Shown here: piece by piece, positions 1 through 9,396 of the stretch
Position numbering within the stretch: position 1 is the stretch's first letter
Layout of the letters: each line of letters starts with the position of its first letter
NCBI GenBank assembly: GCA_017621525.1
Contig: JAGASX010000010.1
Span: forward strand, 1-53,138
DNA from: Clostridia bacterium
GTDB taxonomy: Bacteria > Bacillota > Clostridia > Christensenellales > UBA1242
Length of the DNA: 53,138 bases
Direction: 5' to 3'
Translations under genes and position numbers: made by a program
The notes under the pieces: model-generated
What the model was told of the DNA's origin: nothing
Seen by the model: the letters and a program-made list of their open reading frames with translations, nothing else
Databases searched by the model: none

Positions 1-32
1 AAAATACATTGAGAATTTTCTCAATGTATTTT
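1..32. terminator. Intrinsic terminator hairpin downstream of the 42..2567 gene
   Basis: Inverted repeat aaaatacattgagaa/ttctcaatgtatttt with A/T tails. Confidence 0.75.
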
Positions 33-41
33 TGTTTTGGG

Positions 42-2567
42 TTATGTTGCGTTTCCGCCCGTTCCACCATTTCCACCGTTGTTTGTTGGAGGTGGATTGT
101 TGTTTTGTGCAGAAATTGCCGAGAAGATTTTGCCCAAAGATTTTGTTTGCGCTTCTGACGCTTTGACAAAATCGCCCATGCTTTTTGCCATTGCGTTGAG
201 TGTAGCCTGTTGAGCATCCATCTTCTGACCTTGTTGCTGTGCAATTTCCTTTTGAAGAGCATCGCCCTCTTTCTTGGATTTGCCTTCGCCAAACATCTTG
301 CCTTGAACGCCTTTTGTTTGCCACATTTCTTTACCCATTTTGATACCGCCACCGATAAGTTTATCAATACCGATACCTTCGGCAAGGTCATTCTTTATGG
401 CCTTAATGAAACCGTCTGCAATTGACTTACCAGCATCGCCAAGGTTGCCCAGAACACCGCCTTTGCGTTTTCCGTCTTCACCTTTCTTGCCGGCAAAGGT
501 ATTTGCAAGTCCATCTCCCCATGATTTCCAGAAGCCCGTTGTGCTGACCATTTTACCATCAGCGCCCTTTGCAAGTTTGTATTTTTCAACCATTTTGGTT
601 TCGTCGTATGCCTCAAGTTCTTTGCTTTTCTTGCTTGCACTGGTTTTGGCATTCTTCTCTGCCTTTTCGGCTTTCTCGTATTCTTTCAGTTTGCCAGATT
701 GCTTAAGAAGTCCTTTAAGCAGAACTGCATCTCTTGCCTTTTCAGCATCTGCTACCGAACCGCCCTTTTTGATAACGCTGTTGTAGGCGTCATCACCTGC
801 CTTTTTCAATTTAGCATCAGCAGTTTTTCCTTTTACGCTTGCTTGCAAGTCTGCCATTTTCTTAGCCGCGGCTTCTTGCGCCCTTATAAATCCTTCGTAA
901 GCATTGGTTGTTTTATCAAAATTCTTTGCAGTTTTAGTACCTGCTTGGTTCTTCTCATTAACACGTTTTGCTGCCGCTGACGCTTTGCCTTTCTTTATTG
1001 CTGCGCCAATAGGTTTACCTGTGATAGACCATGCTGTTTTTGCAACCGCTTTCCCGGCGTGGTATCCGGTTTTTGCAACTGCAGCACCTGCTTTACCAGC
1101 GATACCGAAACCACGCTTAAATCCGCCTGCGATATTACCCTTTAAGCCGTCCCCGCTACCAGCAGCGTCTGCACCGCCTACAAAGCCTGCGACCATTGAA
1201 ATAAAGTCTTTTGTCATCATAAGGCCAGCAATTAAGATGATTGTGTTTACTATTGCATCAAGTAGGCCATTATTGAAGAATGAAATTGATTGCAAGTATG
1301 GCAAAATTAACATCAATATGTTTATACCAACAATTGCACCAAATGCCATCATAATTTGTTGCATGAATGTTGTTCCCCAGCCCTTAAATGCCTTAAAGTT
1401 GTCAAGTGGAGCAATACCCAAAAGTGATGGGTAGATAAGGAACATTGCCGCGCCTTTTATAAGCCTTGTCATCATACCAACGATGATTGAAATCATAATT
1501 CCGAATACTGTTACACCGCCACCAAAAGCAACGATGAAGTTAAATTGCCACAGGTCATAGAAAAGCCAAACTGCTGAAACGTCATATTTTGAGAAACTAT
1601 ATATTGTTGACTTTGCACCAAAACCGCCGGTTACATCACTTATACCCAAATATGGGACAGTGCTTTCAACCGCACTTATTGTTGCCGAATAACTTAAGCC
1701 TGTGTTAAGTTGAAGGTTGTTTTGGAACGCATAGTCAATTTGCATACCCACATACTCTCGTTTTTCTTGATTAGTTTGAAGTGAGCCATATTCTGGACAG
1801 TTGCTTGCATCGCCAAAAATTTGTTTACCATTTACTGTGATATTTTGATAACTTGAAACGCTTGTTTGACCAGACCTTGCACGGTTTGCGCCATAAGCAC
1901 TTGCTTTGAACATAAGTCCGCCAAAGGTTGCAGTGCTTGTTGGGTCGCCGACGCCAAAGTAGTCATAATGGGCGTAAACTTTGTTATCTGTGCCCCGCAG
2001 TGTTTCACCGCGGAAAATTTCTGTTGCTTGTGTGCCGTATATACCTTTTATTGCGCTTTCGTTTGTTGTGCCGGCAGTTATATTATCCAGCGTGCGAAGA
2101 ACAAAAGTTGAAAGTTGCATACCAATTACAACAACAATAGGCATAACTGCAAAGGTAAGAATTGATTTGATTGCTGTGTAGATATATTTTGATGGGCTTG
2201 TCCCCTCGGAGTCTTCGTTATAGTGAGATTTTACAATTGCAACAATTGTGGAAACAACCAATACGATAAGACCGAAAATTGCAAGCGACCAGAAAACTGT
2301 ATTAAGCCCTTTATATACGCTTGCAGAATCACCTATGCCTAAAATTCCATAAATAAATTCTGTGAGAGGGTCTTTCTGTGTCATTATTTCGCCCGTTGAG
2401 GTTTGATAGTATGTATCAAGTCCTGCAAGTTTGCGCACAAGTGCCTGCATGGCATCAATACCAGACGCAAATGCGGCAAACAAAAAGTATACAATCTTTG
2501 GGATTATATCAAAAAACGTTGCTATTTTTTGTAAAAAATTTACATTAACCAAGGAACCGTAATTCAA
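42..2567 (-). CDS. Polytopic membrane protein, VirB6/TrbL-like (resembles Mbov_0396-type ICE membrane proteins), with a long basic Ala/Lys/Gly-rich C-terminal tail
   Basis: 841 aa; TTG start preceded by GGAGG; several TM helices at each end of a large loop; 'RLIKGAAMFLIYPSLLGIAPLDNFKAFKGWGTTFMQQIMMAFG' resembles the VirB6-like core. Confidence 0.6.
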   Translation of the reverse strand: MNYGSLVNVNFLQKIATFFDIIPKIVYFLFAAFASGIDAMQALVRKLAGLDTYYQTSTGEIMTQKDPLTEFIYGILGIGDSASVYKGLNTVFWSLAIFGLIVLVVSTIVAIVKSHYNEDSEGTSPSKYIYTAIKSILTFAVMPIVVVIGMQLSTFVLRTLDNITAGTTNESAIKGIYGTQATEIFRGETLRGTDNKVYAHYDYFGVGDPTSTATFGGLMFKASAYGANRARSGQTSVSSYQNITVNGKQIFGDASNCPEYGSLQTNQEKREYVGMQIDYAFQNNLQLNTGLSYSATISAVESTVPYLGISDVTGGFGAKSTIYSFSKYDVSAVWLFYDLWQFNFIVAFGGGVTVFGIMISIIVGMMTRLIKGAAMFLIYPSLLGIAPLDNFKAFKGWGTTFMQQIMMAFGAIVGINILMLILPYLQSISFFNNGLLDAIVNTIILIAGLMMTKDFISMVAGFVGGADAAGSGDGLKGNIAGGFKRGFGIAGKAGAAVAKTGYHAGKAVAKTAWSITGKPIGAAIKKGKASAAAKRVNEKNQAGTKTAKNFDKTTNAYEGFIRAQEAAAKKMADLQASVKGKTADAKLKKAGDDAYNSVIKKGGSVADAEKARDAVLLKGLLKQSGKLKEYEKAEKAEKNAKTSASKKSKELEAYDETKMVEKYKLAKGADGKMVSTTGFWKSWGDGLANTFAGKKGEDGKRKGGVLGNLGDAGKSIADGFIKAIKNDLAEGIGIDKLIGGGIKMGKEMWQTKGVQGKMFGEGKSKKEGDALQKEIAQQQGQKMDAQQATLNAMAKSMGDFVKASEAQTKSLGKIFSAISAQNNNPPPTNNGGNGGTGGNAT

Positions 2568-2637
2568 AATCTTTTCCTCCGCATATTTTAATTATCTTCA
2601 TTATAACAAATAAAAATTCAAATTACAACAAAAACCT

Positions 2638-3423
2638 TTAAAAACAATCAATTATTTTTAAATATATTTTTAAAAGGTGGTTGAAATTTAACATTTCTGC
2701 CCTCATTGAAAGTGTTTTTTCATCAATAAGAGTTAAATTTTCTTTGGAAATAAGTGTGCTTAAATTATTTTTTAAAGTTTTTCTTCTCATTGAAAAAACA
2801 CATTGGATAAATTTGTAAAATTTATTTTTGTCAATTTGAGGATATTTCTGTCTATCAATTTTTATTGTAACAACAGCAGAATCCACATTTGGCTGTGGAT
2901 GAAAATTGGTACGCGACACAATGCGATTTATTTTTGCACTTCCAAAAAAGTTTATCATAACCGAAAGCACGCCATAGTCTTTTCCGCCATGCCCGGCAAC
3001 CATACGCTCGGCAACCTCTTTTTGCACCATAATGGTAAGGCTTTTAAGTTTTTCACTGCCATTTAAAAATTTAAAAATAATTGGGGTTGTGATATAGTAT
3101 GGCAGGTTTGCAATCATTTTATATTCGCCGGCAAAATCTTCTTCAATTTTTGTGATTTCATAATCCATAATATCGCCAAAAATAAATTTTGCGTTGGTAA
3201 GGTTTAAGTTTAACAAATGTTCTTGCAAATCTTTATCAATTTCATAACTTACAACTTTTTGGCACTTTTCTGCGATTTGAGTTGTAAGGGTGCCTGCACC
3301 AGCACCAATTTCCAAAACCTCATCATTTTTGCAAATTTCCGCATCATCACAAATTGCAGAAAGCAGGTTTTTATCAAATATAAAATTCTGCCCAAACTTT
3401 TTCTTAAAATTGTGGTCTATCAT
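2638..3423 (-). CDS. rsmA: 16S rRNA (adenine1518/1519-N6) dimethyltransferase
   Basis: KKFGQNF, VLEIGAGAG, ANLPYYIT, MVQKEVAER, FHPQPNVDSAVV motifs. Confidence 0.97.
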   Translation of the reverse strand: MIDHNFKKKFGQNFIFDKNLLSAICDDAEICKNDEVLEIGAGAGTLTTQIAEKCQKVVSYEIDKDLQEHLLNLNLTNAKFIFGDIMDYEITKIEEDFAGEYKMIANLPYYITTPIIFKFLNGSEKLKSLTIMVQKEVAERMVAGHGGKDYGVLSVMINFFGSAKINRIVSRTNFHPQPNVDSAVVTIKIDRQKYPQIDKNKFYKFIQCVFSMRRKTLKNNLSTLISKENLTLIDEKTLSMRAEMLNFNHLLKIYLKIIDCF

Positions 3424-4184
3424 ATTTTAAACAGCCTCCTTACATTTTCTTGTGTGATTTTTTCTACTTCTTCCGGCGAGATGCCTTTAAGTTCTGCCAA
3501 ATGCTTTGCAATAATTTCGCTCATAATTGGCTGATTGCGTTTCCCCCTATATGGGTGAGGTGAAAGATATGGGCAATCGGTTTCAAGCAAAATTTTTTCA
3601 ATTGGAATATTTTTTATGGTTTGTTGAAGTTTTGTTGCGTTTTTGAATGTAGACACTCCACCAACAGAAATATACAGCCCAAGTTTAATACCCTCTTTTG
3701 CAATTTCCTCACTTCCACAAAAACAATGAAATGTTCCGCCAAAAGATAACAAGTGTTTGTTATTCTTTAAAATTTCAATCATATCACCATATGCATCACG
3801 GCAATGAATAACCACCGGAAGTTGAAGTTCTTGGGCAAGTTTAAGTTGTTTTATAAAGGTGTTTTTTTGAATTTCTTTGTCGGGCATATTATCGGTATAT
3901 TGCAAACCAATTTCGCCAATTGCAACAACTTTTTTGTTTTTTGCAAGGTTTTTAAGGGTTTTTAATGCATTTTCATTGCAATTTTCTGCAAATTCAGGAT
4001 AAATTCCTATTGACGCAAAAATATTTTCATATTTTTCTGCAAGGGCGATTGCCTGCTGTGAAGATGCAATATCGTATCCTGATGTTATCACTTTCATTCC
4101 CTTTTGTTGGCAAGCAAAAACAACCTCTTCAAGGTCTGTTGAAAAGGCGGGGTCTGTTAAGTGTGCGTGAGTATCAATAAGCAT
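3420..4184 (-). CDS. tatD: TatD family deoxyribonuclease
   Basis: IDTHAH, AIGEIGL, VIHCRDA, LLETDCPYL motifs; overlaps the rsmA start. Confidence 0.95.
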   Translation of the reverse strand: MLIDTHAHLTDPAFSTDLEEVVFACQQKGMKVITSGYDIASSQQAIALAEKYENIFASIGIYPEFAENCNENALKTLKNLAKNKKVVAIGEIGLQYTDNMPDKEIQKNTFIKQLKLAQELQLPVVIHCRDAYGDMIEILKNNKHLLSFGGTFHCFCGSEEIAKEGIKLGLYISVGGVSTFKNATKLQQTIKNIPIEKILLETDCPYLSPHPYRGKRNQPIMSEIIAKHLAELKGISPEEVEKITQENVRRLFKI

Positions 4185-4283
4185 GGTTTAATCCTTTCTA
4201 TCATTTTAATAAATAATTGGCAAAATGTCAAATTGTTGGCGGGTTGAATAACTAAAACAGGCAGGTATGGAATATATTACAAC

Positions 4284-4865
4284 ATGAATAGAATTTGGTT
4301 TTTAATGGTTGTAGGCTCTTTAATTGCACTTTTATGCACCACGCCAGAAAATGCACTTTCAAGCATGCTTAACGCCTCAGCCGAGGCGCTTACTTTAAGT
4401 ATTGAACTTTGTGGGGTTTACGCGGTGTGGCTTGGCGTTTTGGAACTTGTTGAAGAAAGCGGGCTGGCACAAAAACTTGCACGGCTTTTGCGACCATTTA
4501 TAAAAAAGGTTTTTAAAATTGATGATGTTGAGGCAGAGAAATATATTGCACTTAATATGTCGGCAAACATGTTGGGGCTTGGTAATGCTTCCACCCCACT
4601 TGGCATTAAAGCCATGAAAAGGCTTGATGACGGAAGTGGAGTTGCAAACTATGCAGTCATTATGCTTATTGTGATAAATGCAACTTCAATTCAACTTTTG
4701 CCGTCAACGATTATAGGGCTTCGTGCAAATGCCGGTTCTCTTTCGCCTGCTGATATAGTACTTCCAACCCTTATTTCAACATTCTGCACTTTTGCTTTGG
4801 GAATTATGCTTGTAAAACTATTTGGCAAGTTGCACAAAAAATGGCGACAAAGGGGTAAAAAATGA
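4284..4865 (+). CDS. spmA: Spore maturation protein A
   Basis: NMSANMLGLGNASTPLGIKAM motif; hydrophobic; coupled to spmB. Confidence 0.93.
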   Translation: MNRIWFLMVVGSLIALLCTTPENALSSMLNASAEALTLSIELCGVYAVWLGVLELVEESGLAQKLARLLRPFIKKVFKIDDVEAEKYIALNMSANMLGLGNASTPLGIKAMKRLDDGSGVANYAVIMLIVINATSIQLLPSTIIGLRANAGSLSPADIVLPTLISTFCTFALGIMLVKLFGKLHKKWRQRGKK

Positions 4866-5368
4866 GTGGTTATATTATTCCTGCAATTTTTATTGCAATT
4901 TTTTGCTATGCAAAATTTAAAAAGGTAAACCCCTATGACACATTTGTGAAAGGTGCAAAAAAGGCGATACCGCTTGCTGTTGATATTTTTCCTTTTATTG
5001 CAACAATTATGATTGCTGTTGCATTATTGCGAGAAAGCGGGCTGACCGCCATGCTTGCAAATGCGGTTTCTCCAATTTTTAATCTTTTGGGAATTCCAAC
5101 CCAACTTGTTGAACTTGTGCTTTTACGTCCCTTTACAGGTTCTGGCAGTTATGCACTTTTAAATGACGTTTTGTTGCAATATGGTGCAGACAGTTATATT
5201 TCTCGTTGTGCCTGCGTGATTTTAGGTTGCAGTGAAACAATTTTTTATGTAACCGCAGTTTATACCTCAGGCACAAAAATTAAAAAATTGTTGTATGCAA
5301 TTCCTGTTGCTTTAATTTGTGCAGTTGTTGGTGCAATTATAGCCTGTTTATTATGCAAAATTATTTAA
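4862..5368 (+). CDS. spmB: Spore maturation protein B
   Basis: YDTFVKGAK, LLRPFTGSGS, GCSETIFYVTAVY motifs; ATGA overlap with spmA. Confidence 0.93.
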   Translation: MSGYIIPAIFIAIFCYAKFKKVNPYDTFVKGAKKAIPLAVDIFPFIATIMIAVALLRESGLTAMLANAVSPIFNLLGIPTQLVELVLLRPFTGSGSYALLNDVLLQYGADSYISRCACVILGCSETIFYVTAVYTSGTKIKKLLYAIPVALICAVVGAIIACLLCKII

Positions 5369-5402
5369 TAAAAAAATCCTTTATTTATTTTTAAAGGATT
5401 TT
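5369..5402. terminator. Bidirectional terminator between convergent genes
   Basis: aaaaaatccttta...taaaggattttt inverted repeat. Confidence 0.6.
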
Positions 5403-5427
5403 ATTATACCGATATAAATTTTTATTG

Positions 5428-5625
5428 TTATTTTTTAATAACTTCTTTATTTTTTCTATGCAAGCCCTCACTTTCAATAATTCCTAAATTTGAAGAAATT
5501 GTTGAAAAAAAGCATCTTAATTTTCTTAAATCTTCTTTTTCATAATTTTTTGCAATGCAAATTGCAAGGCTTCCGGCAAGAGCAATAAGTTCTGACCCGC
5601 AAATATCCAAATGTTTTTTATCCAT
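5428..5625 (-). CDS. Small conserved protein, DUF6774-like
   Basis: 65 aa; ELIALAGSLAICIA...FFSTISSNLGII pattern typical of this clostridial small-protein family. Confidence 0.6.
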   Translation of the reverse strand: MDKKHLDICGSELIALAGSLAICIAKNYEKEDLRKLRCFFSTISSNLGIIESEGLHRKNKEVIKK

Positions 5626-5664
5626 GTTTATTTATATTATTAAAAAGGGTTTGGGGTGCAATAA

Positions 5665-5751
5665 AAAAAGCGTCGATTGCGGAAACTCCCCCAGTCGGCT
5701 TCGCCGACAGCCCCCTCTATGAGGGGGCTTGTTGTCGCAATCGGTGCTTTT
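5665..5751. repeat. REP-like double hairpin nested in the gltX terminator stem
   Basis: Outer stem aaaagcgtcgattgcg/cgcaatcggtgctttt encloses gtcggc-ttc-gccgac and gccccctc-tat-gagggggc. Confidence 0.7.
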
Positions 5752-5759
5752 AGTATTTA

Positions 5760-7397
5760 TTAAAATTGTTTTGCAAGGCGGGCTTTTGTTTCTTCCTCAC
5801 CTAAAATTGACATAATTGTAAAAAGTGTTGGTGAGTTTTTTGTGCCTGTTATTGCAAGGCGTATAAATTCGCAGGCCTTTGCGGTGTTACCCTTATAGGC
5901 GTCTGGGTTTGCCTTATAAAGTTTATTATCTGCTGCATAACCCAATTTTTCTGCAATTTCTTTCACGCCAGCAAACCAATCTTCATTTGATGCTGGCATT
6001 TTGAATGTTTTTGAATATTCCTTTAAAAATTCATTTGCATTTTCTTTATCTTCGCTGTTAAGTTGATATTCGGTAGGTCTTTCAAAAAGATAGGCAAAAT
6101 TTTCTTTCATCATTTTATAGTTATAAATATCTTTTCTTGGTTTTACCGCCCCATCTCTATCCATTTGGCAGGCTTTAACAAATTTTTCTTCTTCGCCCTT
6201 TAATCTTTCTGCCAAAGGCGCGTCATATTCTTCAGCCCAAGTAAGCCAATTTTGATAAAGGGTTTTGCCCTCCATTTTTGAAATGATATTTTTTGAAATA
6301 TCATTAAGTTTTACAAGGTCAAAAATTGGGGCAACGGTTGTGATTTCATTGGCGTTAAATTTAAACTGCCTCCAATCTGTATCTGGATTATTTTTACGCC
6401 AAATTTCAAAGCCAGAGTTTATCATGTTAAGCAGATATTCGCAAAGAGCGTCGGTTGGATAGCCATTTTCAAAAAAGTACATCATATTTGCTTCTGGGTC
6501 ATATCTTTTTGAAATTTTACGGCGATTGCCCTGTTCATTAAGTTTATAAATCAATGGGTTATGGCAATATTGAATTTGTTTAAAGCCAAGTGCCTCAAAA
6601 AGTTCTACATGGGCTGGGGTTGAAGAAATATATTCCTCACCGCGGACAACAATGGTTGTGCCCATAAGTGTATCATCAACAGCGTGGGCAAATGGATAAG
6701 GTGGTGTGCCGTCGCTTTTTAAAATTATAAAATCTTTGGCGTTGGCTTTCGCTTCAAGGTCGCCCTTGATAAGGTCATTAAATTTAACCCTTTCGGTTCC
6801 CTCATTTTTAGTTTTCAATCTTATTGCAAAAGGGTCTCCATTTTTGATATGTTTTTTAACTTCTTCATAAGAAAGGTTGCGACAAGGGTCATATTCGCGT
6901 TCATCATTCTCTGCAAACTTATTTTCGCGAAGTTTTAAAACATCTTCTTTTCCCTCTGTTTTTTTGCAAAAACATGGAAATGCCCTGCCCTCGCTTACAA
7001 GTTTATGTGCAAAAACATGGTAAAGGTGATTTCTTTCACTTTGAACATATGGGCCATAGTTTCCAACATCTTGTCCGTCAAGTGTTTGATATTCATCAAA
7101 TTCAATACCCATACGATTTAAAACATTATATAAAACCTTTTTGGCGTCTGCCACTTCGCGCTTTTTATCTGTATCTTCTATTCTTAAAAAGAAAACGCCG
7201 TTTGAATTTTTTGCAAGGTTGTAACTTATAAAAGCCTGAAAAAAGTTGCCGATATGCATATAGCCTGTTGGGCTTGGTGCAAAGCGTGTAACAATTTGGC
7301 TTTTATCCAAATTTCTTTGTGGATATTTTGCAAAAACCTCGCCCTCGGTAAGGGCAAGGTTTGGGAATAACAAATCGGCTATGTCGCGATTATTCAT
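5760..7397 (-). CDS. gltX: Glutamate--tRNA ligase
   Basis: TRFAPSPTGYMHIGN (HIGH), LRIEDTD, VRGEEY, KISKR (KMSKS) motifs. Confidence 0.95.
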   Translation of the reverse strand: MNNRDIADLLFPNLALTEGEVFAKYPQRNLDKSQIVTRFAPSPTGYMHIGNFFQAFISYNLAKNSNGVFFLRIEDTDKKREVADAKKVLYNVLNRMGIEFDEYQTLDGQDVGNYGPYVQSERNHLYHVFAHKLVSEGRAFPCFCKKTEGKEDVLKLRENKFAENDEREYDPCRNLSYEEVKKHIKNGDPFAIRLKTKNEGTERVKFNDLIKGDLEAKANAKDFIILKSDGTPPYPFAHAVDDTLMGTTIVVRGEEYISSTPAHVELFEALGFKQIQYCHNPLIYKLNEQGNRRKISKRYDPEANMMYFFENGYPTDALCEYLLNMINSGFEIWRKNNPDTDWRQFKFNANEITTVAPIFDLVKLNDISKNIISKMEGKTLYQNWLTWAEEYDAPLAERLKGEEEKFVKACQMDRDGAVKPRKDIYNYKMMKENFAYLFERPTEYQLNSEDKENANEFLKEYSKTFKMPASNEDWFAGVKEIAEKLGYAADNKLYKANPDAYKGNTAKACEFIRLAITGTKNSPTLFTIMSILGEEETKARLAKQF

Positions 7398-7418
7398 AAT
7401 TTCTCCTTAAATTTGTTA

Positions 7419-8402
7419 TTAAACAAGCAAAAATGTGAAAAATTTGCTTAAAATTCCATTGTTACCAAAATATGATTGAACATTATTGTGATAAATTGAT
7501 GCATCGTTGTTGCTTTTTTCGTAAGCAATAAGCGAGCCCTCATAAGTAAGGTAGTATTCGTAAAGTGAAAATTCTTTAAGTGATTTATTTGCGTTTGCTC
7601 TGTCGCCATTTACAGCATTTACAACGCTTACAAAACCTTGATATTCATCAGCATTTATTTCTTTTGTTTTTGCAAGAACAAATGCTTGGCAATATTTTTC
7701 ATAAATGCTTTCTGCGGTGTTGTACAGGTCTTTATCAAAATCTCTACCTTGCGCGCTACCGAAGAAGAAGTTTTTAAAATCTGCGTTGATAAGAAGTTCT
7801 TGATAGCCAAGGTCGTAGGTTATCACGGCAGAAGTTGCCCCAGCATTGATAATGTTTTCTTTAACAAACAGCAGGTCGCCCAAAGTTATTGCAACGTCAT
7901 ACACATTTTCAGCAAATTCTCTTGCAGAAAGGGCATATCTTGCAAAATAACCATTGTAAATATTATAGTTTGCACTGCTTTCCACTTGTGAAAGATTAAA
8001 GTGTTCTGTTTTCAAATCTTTGAAAGCCTTATCCATTTCATTGATTTTTTTGTTGAGTTTGCCAAAATCATATTTTACGTCAAGTCCATTAAGGTAAGTT
8101 GAATATTTTTCAATAAAGTTAAGTCCATTTGCAACAATTGCGATTGATTTTTCATCTTGTGGTGCAAAATCACCAGTTGACTGTTTTTCTTGAAAATCAT
8201 TTAAGAAAAAGTTTGTTGTTGCGCCATACACTGCGCCTGCTTTAAAAGTTGTGTCTTCCTTATATTCTTCAAGGCTTTGGTTGATAAGTGTAAGTGTATC
8301 TCCGCTTGTTGCGCCCTTTCCGCAGGCGATAAGAAGTGTTGATGAAAGAATAAGCATAACTGCAAGTGCAAGAGTTGAAACTATCTTTTTAAACTTTGTC
8401 AT
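7419..8402 (-). CDS. Hypothetical lipoprotein
   Basis: 327 aa; signal peptide with LIAC lipobox; start overlaps the upstream stop. Confidence 0.75.
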   Translation of the reverse strand: MTKFKKIVSTLALAVMLILSSTLLIACGKGATSGDTLTLINQSLEEYKEDTTFKAGAVYGATTNFFLNDFQEKQSTGDFAPQDEKSIAIVANGLNFIEKYSTYLNGLDVKYDFGKLNKKINEMDKAFKDLKTEHFNLSQVESSANYNIYNGYFARYALSAREFAENVYDVAITLGDLLFVKENIINAGATSAVITYDLGYQELLINADFKNFFFGSAQGRDFDKDLYNTAESIYEKYCQAFVLAKTKEINADEYQGFVSVVNAVNGDRANANKSLKEFSLYEYYLTYEGSLIAYEKSNNDASIYHNNVQSYFGNNGILSKFFTFLLV

Positions 8403-9382
8403 TACACACCCCCTATCAAAAATACTCTAATTTGTGTATAAACGTTGTTTGCGTCTTCAATGCCCTCATAAGTAAGCGTAACAACCGGATTGTCGCTTAT
8501 AAGTTCAATTGAAGAAATTGCATTTTTCATATCTTCTTGGCTGTAAAGTGAGAAATATTGATTGATTTTTTGATATTTCCCTTGAATTACGCTTGAAAAA
8601 TAGTAGTTTTCAATTTCGTCAGCGTTTTTAAGGTTTTGTTCTACAAATAGTTGGAATGCCATAATTTTACCATCGCTTTCATATGTGTAAGTGTTGGCAT
8701 TTGGGTTTTGCTTGTCATATTCAACAAGACCTGCAAAATCGTTGTAAATAACTTGGGTAAAGTCGCTTACAGTGTTTAAAATTGTTGTTGAGGCAAGGTT
8801 GTTGGTTGTAACGTCGCCCATACTTCCCTCATACGCCTTTGCAAGTGCAGAAATTGCTTTGTTGTAGCCATTCAGCCAATTTGCATATTCTACGCGAAAA
8901 TCTATCCATGCACTTTGAAGGTAAGTTGCAGATTGACTGCCCAATTTATTTACTTCTTCAAGCATTTTGTTAAGTTGTTTTTGGCTGTCAATTGCTCCGT
9001 TTAAACCATTTTTGATTGATTTGTAGTTTTTATTGAAATTTTTGTTGCTTTGTGCAAAGGTGAGATAGTCATTATAGTAATCAAGCACGCCGGCAAGTGT
9101 GATTGAAAGGGTTTCTACGTCTTTCATCTCTTGGGACATGGTGATTAAATAGTTGTTGACTTTGTTGGCGTCCACCTTTGTTTGAAATTTGTCATATTCG
9201 GTTTTTTCTGTTTGGCTCATTAAAAATGAGTTTGTATAGGCTTTATTTAAAAGCGTTAATGCCGAGTTTGTGCTTGGTGGAATTGATATTACAATTACAA
9301 CAATGATGATTGCAATAACCGCCAATACGCCAAGTCCAACCATAAACTTTTTGCCTTTACCAGATTTTTTTTGTTCTGCCAT
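8402..9382 (-). CDS. Hypothetical protein with N-terminal membrane anchor and helical extracellular domain
   Basis: 326 aa; basic N-terminus plus one TM; AGGAGG RBS. Confidence 0.75.
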   Translation of the reverse strand: MAEQKKSGKGKKFMVGLGVLAVIAIIIVVIVISIPPSTNSALTLLNKAYTNSFLMSQTEKTEYDKFQTKVDANKVNNYLITMSQEMKDVETLSITLAGVLDYYNDYLTFAQSNKNFNKNYKSIKNGLNGAIDSQKQLNKMLEEVNKLGSQSATYLQSAWIDFRVEYANWLNGYNKAISALAKAYEGSMGDVTTNNLASTTILNTVSDFTQVIYNDFAGLVEYDKQNPNANTYTYESDGKIMAFQLFVEQNLKNADEIENYYFSSVIQGKYQKINQYFSLYSQEDMKNAISSIELISDNPVVTLTYEGIEDANNVYTQIRVFLIGGV

Positions 9383-9396
9383 GATTGCCTCCTTTT

